Positions 53,273-64,000 of a stretch of DNA of 64,000 bases are shown one piece after another (the stretch's first letter is position 1; every line of letters begins with the position of its first letter). A program made the translations under genes and the position numbers. The stretch is from NCBI RefSeq assembly GCF_001194135.2, contig NC_068998.1, positions 37,131,098 through 37,195,097 on the forward strand, written 5' to 3'. The notes beneath the pieces were generated by a model. That model did no database searches and was not told the DNA's origin. It was given only the letters and a program-made list of their open reading frames with translations. The stretch comes from Octopus bimaculoides (Eukaryota).

Positions 53273-53902
53273 NNNNNNNNNNNNNNNNNNNNNNNNNNNN
53301 NNNNNNNNNNNNNNNNNNNNNNNNNNNNNNNNNNNNNNNNNNNNNNNNNNNNNNNNNNNNNNNNNNNNNNNNNNNNNNNNNNNNNNNNNNNNNNNNNNNN
53401 NNNNNNNNNNNNNNNNNNNNNNNNNNNNNNNNNNNNNNNNNNNNNNNNNNNNNNNNNNNNNNNNNNNNNNNNNNNNNNNNNNNNNNNNNNNNNNNNNNNN
53501 NNNNNNNNNNNNNNNNNNNNNNNNNNNNNNNNNNNNNNNNNNNNNNNNNNNNNNNNNNNNNNNNNNNNNNNNNNNNNNNNNNNNNNNNNNNNNNNNNNNN
53601 NNNNNNNNNNNNNNNNNNNNNNNNNNNNNNNNNNNNNNNNNNNNNNNNNNNNNNNNNNNNNNNNNNNNNNNNNNNNNNNNNNNNNNNNNNNNNNNNNNNN
53701 NNNNNNNNNNNNNNNNNNNNNNNNNNNNNNNNNNNNNNNNNNNNNNNNNNNNNNNNNNNNNNNNNNNNNNNNNNNNNNNNNNNNNNNNNNNNNNNNNNNN
53801 NNNNNNNNNNNNNNNNNNNNNNNNNNNNNNNNNNNNNNNNNNNNNNNNNNNNNNNNNNNNNNNNNNNNNNNAGTAACAAGAGAGTCAAGAGGGAAGAGTG
53901 AG

Positions 53903-53938
<36 letters not shown>

Positions 53939-54987
53939 GTGAAGGGGAGAGGAGAAGAATAGGGAAAGGGTGGGAGAGAAAAATAGAAAAGAAGAAAAAC
54001 TAAACAGGGAGGTAGACAGACAGGAATGAGATAGTATAAGAGTGTGCATCATAAGTATTAAGATAAAACTTGGAAAAGGATGCGTGGCGTTCAATCATAT
54101 AATACTATAAATAATATATAAAGATATGTATATATACATACATATATGTACATACCTACATATATATGTATATATACATGCATATATTGGTACAGGACAT
54201 AAAAAAAAACGTGGGCAGAATGAGCAACGAGAACAACGTTCCTTCACTTATGTGATAAGTGAGCAGAAGGGCACCAATACATCCATATTGCTACAGTGCA
54301 CTATGCTACAAAGTAACATGCCTCAACTCACATTCATGCACACCAAAAAATAATGCCCAAATCTAAAACAGAAACACAAATATAATCACACAGCACACAT
54401 TCAAGCGAAACGCATATTTCTAAGATAACTAGCAACACACATATACATACATTTTAGCAACAACGTCATCAAACTCGCACACTCCCAAACACTAAGTCTA
54501 TACTACAATAAAACCAACGTTTGCATGTAGTCAAAAACAGAGACGTATACAACGATTTCCGTGTTCCTACAAACACCCTGGTAGCCACATGCACACGCAC
54601 AGGCACTTAAATCGATATTCAAAAATCACTCCATTCAAGAGCATGAACTCACAGCAAAAAATCTGTACGCATAAATATACATATATATACAAATACATTA
54701 CACTCCACCTTATTTCCCTATCCCTTGATTTTCCTTATTTGAAACAGTGTTCATTTCCTTTCATCCAGTCGTTTTCAAAAAAGCAGCGTGTTTGCGATTC
54801 ACTTGTGGATTTATTTATCTTCCTTACAACTTTTTAGAATTCTTTCCGTACTTTTTTTCTTCTGCCTTCTATATTTTCCCGTTGATATTTTGATAAAGAA
54901 TTTTCATCCCAAAAGTTAAGACATTTTCTATTTTCTATCGCTGCGAGATATTTTTATTTTCATGGTTTTAACTGTTTATCTACCTAC

Positions 54988-55035
<48 letters not shown>

Positions 55036-55124
55036 TTATCTATCTATTTATCTATCTATTTATTTACCTATCTATTTGTCGATCCGCCTAATATTTATCT
55101 CACTCTCTCATCATGTATTTAATT

Positions 55125-55168
55125 ATAAATATATATATATATATATATAAAATAGCAACAACAATAAC

Positions 55169-55233
<65 letters not shown>

Positions 55234-55365
55234 GAAGAAGAAGAAGAAGAAGAAGAAGAAGAAGAAGAAGAAGAAGAAGAAGAAGAAGAAGAAGAAGAAG
55301 AAGAAGAAGAAGAGCAAGATAGATAGATAGATAGACATACATACATACATACATACATATACATG
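55125..55365. repeat. Compound microsatellite (TA)n(AAT)n(AGA)n(AGAT)n(ACAT)n; representative of dozens of CA/TA/AAT/GATA tracts across the window
   Basis: Directly visible. Confidence 0.95.
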
Positions 55366-55372
55366 TATATCA

Positions 55373-55657
55373 GAAATTGAAATGACAAAGGAATAAAGAA
55401 TTACGTAATGAACTTCATTAGGTTACAGCTGTTTCTGCTATAGGATGCAGTAGAGTCGTAGTAGAGTGCCTGGGTATCAACTTATAGCATCGTCAGACCC
55501 TCAGATATGAATTACTCTTCATATTTTAGGGTCCGATGAAGTGGTAATGGGATACTGAAATACTCAACTATGACTCCATTGAATTTTACTGCAGAAACAG
55601 GAATAAAGCTGACGAAGTTCACGAGATGATTATTTATTCCTTTGTCATTTGAATTTC
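55373..55657. mobile_element. Older fold-back element (~140-bp arms, ~70% identity, 6-nt loop) between (ACAT)n and (TA)n
   Basis: Arms 55373-55511 and 55518-55657 align colinearly with one gap, about 101/140 matches by manual count. Confidence 0.75.
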
Positions 55658-56353
55658 TTATTACATATATATATATGCATATATACATATATATANNNNN
55701 NNNNNNNNNNNNNNNNNNNNNNNNNNNNNNNNNNNNNNNNNNNNNNNNNNNNNNNNNNNNNNNNNNNNNNNNNNNNNNNNNNNNNNNNNNNNNNNNNNNN
55801 NNNNNNNNNNNNNNNNNNNNNNNNNNNNNNNNNNNNNNNNNNNNNNNNNNNNNNNNNNNNNNNNNNNNNNNNNNNNNNNNNNNNNNNNNNNNNNNNNNNN
55901 NNNNNNNNNNNNNNNNNNNNNNNNNNNNNNNNNNNNNNNNNNNNNNNNNNNNNNNNNNNNNNNNNNNNNNNNNNNNNNNNNNNNNNNNNNNNNNNNNNNN
56001 NNNNNNNNNNNNNNNNNNNNNNNNNNNNNNNNNNNNNNNNNNNNNNNNNNNNNNNNNNNNNNNNNNNNNNNNNNNNNNNNNNNNNNNNNNNNNNNNNNNN
56101 NNNNNNNNNNNNNNNNNNNNNNNNNNNNNNNNNNNNNNNNNNNNNNNNNNNNNNNNNNNNNNNNNNNNNNNNNNNNNNNNNNNNNNNNNNNNNNNNNNNN
56201 NNNNNNNNNNNNNNNNNNNNNNNNNNNNNNNNNNNNNNNNNNNNNNNNNNNNNNNNNNNNNNNNNNNNNNNNNNNNNNNNNNNNNNNNNNNNNNNNNNNN
56301 NNNNNNNNNNNNNNNNNNNNNNNNNNNNNNNNNNNNNNNNATTATAGAATATT

Positions 56354-56418
<65 letters not shown>

Positions 56419-56873
56419 ATATACGTATATACTTAATGTATAAACACACACACTTACATACATATATCTGTATCTAAGAATATATATATGCAAAACTGTG
56501 TATATTAAATATTGAAAGATATATAATCATATGTATATATATGTAGCTATGTCTACACATACCTATATAGACATTTGTGTGCGTGTATGTGCGAGTGTGT
56601 GTGCGTGTGTGTATGTGCGTCTGTGTGTATAGGTGTTCGTGTGTATAGAAAAGTGTTTGTTTTCTGAATGTATGCATAATGACATAAAAACCAACAACCA
56701 AGAATGGGAAAATACAGCGGAAACAAGCAAGAAATAATGAAGATGAACATTTAACAAACAAATAAGAATATCTTTAAAACAATGTAATCATAATGTTGCT
56801 ATGCTTCTGGCTACCGAGCAATGACTTAAAACTTTATTATATATTCATGGTGGTGGTGGTGGTGGTGGTTTTG

Positions 56874-56944
<71 letters not shown>

Positions 56945-56988
56945 CATTAAGATGACGAGGATGATGCTGATGATGATGNNNNNNNNNN

Positions 56989-57025
<37 letters not shown>

Positions 57026-57339
57026 CATTAAGATGACGAGGATGATGCTGATGATGATGTGTTGACGATGACGATGATAATGATGATGATGAGGAGGAAG
57101 AGGAGGGGGAATAGGTGGAAGTGAATAACTATTATCATTGGTTTTATCGTTACAGCTTCTTTCGTTGTTTTTGCTTTTGTTACACAGTTATTCTTTTTTT
57201 TCTTTTGTTTTTCTTTTCTTTTGTTTTTTTCAACATATTCTTTTACAGATTTTATGCTTATGTACGTTATTATCGACATTGTTCATTCTTGTTGCCAACC
57301 TTTTCTGTTATTAATACGTTTAATATTTATTCGAATATT

Positions 57340-57830
<491 letters not shown>

Positions 57831-59446
57831 GGAGTTCGTGCTATAGCTGATAGGCATTGTTCCGTTGCATATTCATTCTGATTATACACGCCCAAACATT
57901 TCATATACATACACAAACTCGCAAACATGCACACACACACACACGAACACACACACACACACAGAAACACATATGCACACATACACAAACACACACACAG
58001 ACATACATATATATATGCTTTTATATATAATTGTATATATACGTGTTTATATATATATATGTATATTCATAAATATCTATAAATATTTATATCTGTATAC
58101 TTGTCTGTATGTATATACATACATATATATATATATATATGTATATACATATATATATATGTATATACATATATATATATATATATNNNNNNNNNNNNNN
58201 NNNNNNNNNNNNNNNNNNNNNNNNNNNNNNNNNNNNNNNNNNNNNNNNNNNNNNNNNNNNNNNNNNNNNNNNNNNNNNNNNNNNNNNNNNNNNNNNNNNN
58301 NNNNNNNNNNNNNNNNNNNNNNNNNNNNNNNNNNNNNNNNNNNNNNNNNNNNNNNNNNNNNNNNNNNNNNNNNNNNNNNNNNNNNNNNNNNNNNNNNNNN
58401 NNNNNNNNNNNNNNNNNNNNNNNNNNNNNNNNNNNNNNNNNNNNNNNNNNNNNNNNNNNNNNNNNNNNNNNNNNNNNNNNNNNNNNNNNNNNNNNNNNNN
58501 NNNNNNNNNNNNNNNNNNNNNNNNNNNNNNNNNNNNNNNNNNNNNNNNNNNNNNNNNNNNNNNNNNNNNNNNNNNNNNNNNNNNNNNNNNNNNNNNNNNN
58601 NNNNNNNNNNNNNNNNNNNNNNNNNNNNNNNNNNNNNNNNNNNNNNNNNNNNNNNNNNNNNNNNNNNNNNNNNNNNNNNNNNNNNNNNNNNNNNNNNNNN
58701 NNNNNNNNNNNNNNNNNNNNNNNNNNNNNNNNNNNNNNNNNNNNNNNNNNNNNNNNNNNNATGTATGTATGTATGTATGTATGTATGTATGTATGTATAT
58801 ATATATATATATATAGCTTTTTTAATATAATATTAATACATTCACCTACAGAAACACATACATGCGTGAGTGCGTGTAATGTGTGGGTGAGTGTATGAGT
58901 CTATGAAGTTGTGTATCTCTGAATACATTTATTAATACAGTCATAAATCCATAAATGTGCTTTTTATATATTTGTGCTCGTTGCCTTGATGCGCCTTTAT
59001 CTTCTACACCTCTATTCACAGCCTCTATATGAGTGAGCCTGTTACATGCATATATGCTCTGAGTAAATAACTGAATGTGTGCTGGCATATATGTATTCCA
59101 GAATTCAAATATCCTGTAAGATTTCCATAAATGCAAAAGGAATCGTGTATAAAGCTCGTGACTTTTGACAACATTACAAGAACCTATTACTTTCTCCCCC
59201 ACCATCTCTCTACTTACCAGTTTGTTGTTGCTGCTTTTTCCTAATTTTCTCTTTTTTATATATATATTTTTGTATTATATCAATTTCTTACTAAATCCTT
59301 GCTATATTCCGTGCCATTTCTTGTGATTCTGCCGGTTACTTTCTTATTAATGTTTGCATCATGCCGCTGTTATAATATCGTTCGTGGCGGTGGTGATATA
59401 AATGTTATCATCATTATCATCACTATTAATATTACTGTTGTCGGAA

Positions 59447-59940
59447 AGCGGTGAGCTGGTAGAATCGTTAGCACGCCGGGCGAAATACTTAGCGGTATTT
59501 CGTCTGCCGATATGTTATAAGTTCAAATTCAGCCGAGGTTGACTTTACCTTTCATCCTTTCGGACTCGATAAATTAAGTACCAGTGAAACACTTCGAATT
59601 CTGCAGAGATCGACTTGGCTTTCATCCTATCGGGATCTTGAAAAGAAGTGCCAGTTGATCGACTTACCCCCTCGACATATTGCTGGCCTTGTGTTGAAAT
59701 TTGCAATCATTGTTATTATTATTATTAAGGCATCGAGCTGGTAGAATCGTTACCGCATCGGAGAAGATGCTTAGTGGCATTTCATTCGTCTTTATGTTCA
59801 GGGTTGAAATTCAGCCGAGGTCGACTTTGCATTCCATTCTTTCGAGGCCAATGAAATATGCACCACCTGAGCACTGGGATTGATGTAATAGATTTACCCT
59901 CATTCTAAAGTTGCTGGCCTTCTACCCAAATTTGAAAACA
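59447..59940 (+). mobile_element. Two tandem family A SINEs (59447-59700, 59727-59940); further partial copy 60620-60735
   Basis: gcggtgagctggtagaatcgttagcacgccgggcgaaatacttagcgg head and a second ggcatcgagctggtagaatcg head. Confidence 0.82.
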
Positions 59941-60450
59941 TTACTATTATTACTAAGCTAGTACATGTTCATTTAAGTAGCAGAAATTTTATACCGAAAT
60001 TTACTGCCGAGCCTCCTTAAATCTTAAGAATCTTTCTTGGGATTCTTGTAGAACATAAGGTGGTACTTTTCTGCAGGTCAACAATGCGGTTTTCAATCCC
60101 AATTTTTTCCAGACATTTAGGTAGCATTTTGGGTGTCGTAACAAGTGCTCCAATTTGTTTTCTCGTCTTCCACAATCTCTTTAGCTCTGTAGTTAGACAC
60201 TGATCTTCGCCAATCTTTTCAGTTTGGTTTAAATTTTGTAATCATAGTGAATCGCAGAGTCTATGATCTTAAACTGTTGATCTTGTCCTCTATAATCATA
60301 TCTGGTCTTTTTGCTTCAATAGTGTATTCAGTTAAGATGAAGACCCACAGGATCCTGTAATTCCAATTTTCTATCACAGCCTCTGGTTCGTGCTCATACC
60401 ACTTTTCTATTGCTTTGAAGCCACATTCTTGGCTAACATCGCAACGCACT
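59940..60450 (-). mobile_element. Decayed third RLE LINE 3' fragment (R4/Dong-like)
   Basis: Minus-strand KWYEHEPEAVIENWNYRILW..TIEAKRPDMII.. and later LEKIGI..DLQKST..TRIPRKIL; ends in a taataatagtaa tail. Confidence 0.75.
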
Positions 60451-62736
60451 CTTTCTCCTACTCAGTTCTGTCTGCGCTTATCTGTCGTATTGACCAGAAT
60501 ATTTGCGGTAGCCCATCTTCTATACCAAGACAAAATAATGTACATGATAACACTTCCGATTAGTTAAAATCAGAACCCTTGAGAGCCACTGCCTGATACT
60601 GCATCAGGGCGTAATTATTTGCCTTTCACCCTCTCGGCGTCGATAAAATAACCACTAGCTGAGCCCGGAGTCGATATAATTAACTAGTTCCCTCCCTCAA
60701 AATTTCAGGCCTTGTGCCTGTAGTAGAAGTGATTATTATTTATTTTACAGCCACTACTTCTACTGTTATGAAAATTGGAAATAATTGTTATTACGTAGCT
60801 GTTATTTTGTTTTGAACTATACTCGAAAAGTAATGCCTAGAGAACCCTCCCTGCCTTACGATTGCGCCTTGAAATTCAATGAAAGACAAAAGATGGTAGC
60901 TCCTTGAGTGTGGTGTATGCTAACAAAGAATGAAAATTTTCCGGAATAAATGATAGAGAACGCTGAATAAGAAATTATGTAGAAAATCTTGGTTTAAGTA
61001 CATTGAGAAAGACACACCGACAGAGATGAAGAAAAATGAAATGTTTAATGAAATAGGCGGATTGTCGTACATAATACATACATACATACATGCATGCATA
61101 CATACATGCATACATACATTCATACATACATGCATGCATACATACAGATTGACAGACAAATTGATTGGTTGATCGATTGACTGATTGACACATACACATA
61201 CATATACAGGCATAGATATATAGTGAGAGACAGAGACAGGAAGAGACAACGAGAAAGCTAAGTGTAAATTGATAAATAGATATTGTAATATATATGCCTA
61301 TGTATATATGTGTGTATTTACGCATGTATGTATGTATGAATTTATGTATATGTATGCCTATATAGAGAGAACGAAATCGGCAGTTTTACACCTACAGAAA
61401 CAACAGATATTCAATAATGTAACACCATTCCGTACCTATGTGATAAGAAGCGAGTCTTTTAGAAGATTATCGCAAAACTCTAAAACAATAATCAACAAGT
61501 TAAGTAGCCAGTGCAAGCCTGACAGGGATTGTGTATCTCTGTGCGGGAACATTGAGTATACGTAGGGTATTTTATATGTATCTGTGTGTGTGTGGAAGTG
61601 AATTTCTTACTGGGTTTTGGATTATAGAATTGGTTGTGCGTGCCGACCATAATTGTTTGCATTGCTTTCTTCGACTTCCTAACACTTTTGTTACCCTATT
61701 TCTGTTGAAATACACTGCTGTTTCAATTAATTTCTGAAATAATAAAGAATTCAGTAAAATAACTATCTAATTATTAAGCTGGGGTCTGGTGCAATTTAGC
61801 ATAAAATTTTGATGGAAGATTATAATTTAGATCGCTTTAAAACAGCAAGTTTATGTCATAGAACCTGGGGCGGTCTGAGGCGGCTTGGTATCAAAAGTCT
61901 TAATCTTTAAATTGTAATCACTTCGGAGGTTGATTTTTTAATTTTCTGTCCCACCAATTCAATGCGAACTCTACATGTATTAAAACAACATTTATTAACA
62001 TTTATTAACATTTATTAAAACAACATGTATTAAAACAACATTTGTTAAGACTTGTCTCGTTAGTTACAGCTAGGTGTATTGTCTCTCTAAAGAATTAAGT
62101 TATCACCAGATTCGCAATATGGCGACAGGGACGAAATGTAGTCCGTTATTGCCTCAGCCAGTAGAGCAACACAATACTGAGATAACATGCTTTCATCTCA
62201 GTACATATATAATATATAGTATAAGATATTTGTCCCAACTGATGAATATTGTTGTACTGTAAAACACGTGCTGAAGCTGAAACTTTGTAGTGGATTAAAT
62301 GACAATTGAATATATTTCATTTCACATGTATGCTATTGTGCTTTTTAACTCAACTCGGTAATTTACCAGTTAAGGGCTGAAAGAAGCAAACAGCAAGCTG
62401 ATGCAGTAAACAATGGAATTAATTAGTTTTCATGTAGATGTCCAACGAGACTATAAGATAGTCATCTCTTGTGGTTGCTCAATAAGCAAAAAGTAACAGT
62501 GAAATATTCCTCAAATAACTCCACAGATTTTATTTAAAACATCATTAGGTAATGTAACTGAGAGTAGACTTGTTTCCGAAAGATAAGCATACTTTTGGGG
62601 AAAAATTCCTTTTATGTCCCCTTACCCATTTTATCTGCTTTTAACAGCATAGCATTCTTTATTCTAAAGGAAGCACTAACCTCTATGTGTGTGTCCTACG
62701 GCAAGCGTATCTAATTAAACGTTAAAATGAAACTGT

Positions 62737-63020
62737 GTGAAGGTGCGTGGCTTGGCTGCTAGGGTTAGGGTTAGGTTAGGGTATTCAGCTCATGGTCGTA
62801 AGGTCGAAAGTTCGATTCCTGGATGAGTTGTGCCCGAAATTCAAAGGCCCAACCTAGTCACATGCTGTATCGCGCTGAATCTCCCCAAGAATAACGGTAA
62901 GTGTACACGTATCTGCGGAGTGTTCAGCTACTTGCACTTTAATTTCACGAGCAGGCTGTCCCGTCGATCGGATCAGCTGGAACCCACGTCAACTCTCGCC
63001 ATCGTAATCGACAGTGTGCT
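62737..63020 (+). mobile_element. SINE family C copy, internally deleted; related heads at 2530-2600 and 3512-3720
   Basis: gtgaaggtgcgtggctt..ggttagggtattcagc..gttcgattcc head; body gcacttt.aatttcacgagcaggctgt..gatcggatca.ctggaac shared with 19900-20060. Confidence 0.75.
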
Positions 63021-63960
63021 AGGAATAATGAAACTGTTGGTGATGTGTAACAAACGCAATTTCTACTCTTCTTAGATAGGTTTTCGATCAAACATATCGT
63101 TTATTAAGTATGTTCGTGTGACATAGTGCTTAAGTTTGTTAGTGACTGGCACTGAGGTAGAGGTACAAAAAAATACCAGTTTGATAAATCAATGAAAGTC
63201 ATATTTTCTATTCATATTCAATTCTTCTAGAAAGAATATATAAAATGTTTGTATCTGGTTGAGTCGAAAACAAATCTTAATGGACAACCACGTCATATTA
63301 GGTGTAGTAATAAGTTATTTGATTACTAGTTGTAGTAAGTAAATAACTAACACCTACACATATATTTTGGAATAGAAGAAAGTACACACACTAACAATGT
63401 GCCATTGTCTAACGATAACATTGTGTTTTGTATGTATTCGACAAACCAATATTGTCATTGATATATAGCTGACATATTTTCTCCATTTAACTTAATAGGA
63501 TTTTTATGAGAACGTACAGCCTAATGTAATATCGATAACGTCTTCTAAGCTTCTGATAGATACAGCAGGAGCTTAGAGTTGAATGATGAGGAAAGAGAAA
63601 AAAGAAATAGATATGGACGTGTGAGAAAGTGAGGGAGAGAGAAAAGGGAGCGAAAAACAGGAGGTAGTGTGTATCCGTGTTCGTTCATACAAGCACACAG
63701 AGTTATAGAAGCAATTATGGGTGTGGCTATATGTAAGTATATATATATGTGCGTGTATATACACACACACATACATACACACATACACACACATATATAT
63801 ATGCATGTATGCATGCGTGCGTATGTGTGTGTGTTCATGCAATACATTTAACAAACTGTATTGCTTATACAAGCCATTTTCATCTCAACCCAAAACAGAT
63901 TTAAGATGAATATATATGAATATGTGTGTATACATACAACACATACACACTTACATACAC

Positions 63961-64000
<40 letters not shown>

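Overview
AT-rich, microsatellite-dense eukaryotic draft sequence with about 8 kb of N gaps, nearly all abutting simple repeats. The SINE and microsatellite landscape looks like an Octopus (coleoid cephalopod) genome; this is an inference from repeat character only. The one host gene I can support is a + strand membrane adenylyl cyclase of the rutabaga/ADCY1 (Ca2+/calmodulin-responsive) type. Four GT-AG exons (15256-15405, 16988-17106, 34808-34919, 48242-48369) splice in frame into the last M1 helix and the C1a catalytic domain; the rest of the gene lies outside the window or in gaps. The remaining called sequence is intronic or otherwise non-coding. It holds about 25 copies of one tRNA-derived SINE (several with clear target-site duplications), three further SINE families, and relics of a Penelope-like GIY-YIG element, three R4/Dong-type RLE LINEs, an L1/Tx1 LINE, a probable RTE 3' end, a mariner, a Helitron and hAT/mariner MITEs. 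The most unusual structure is a set of ~280-300 bp fold-back elements anchored in TA-type microsatellites (42873-43155, 43266-43567, 43591->43835, 55373-55657). Some carry decayed hammerhead-like motifs with a shared polarity, and one has captured 84 bp of a neighbouring SINE. No CRISPR array, rRNA or intact tRNA gene is supported.
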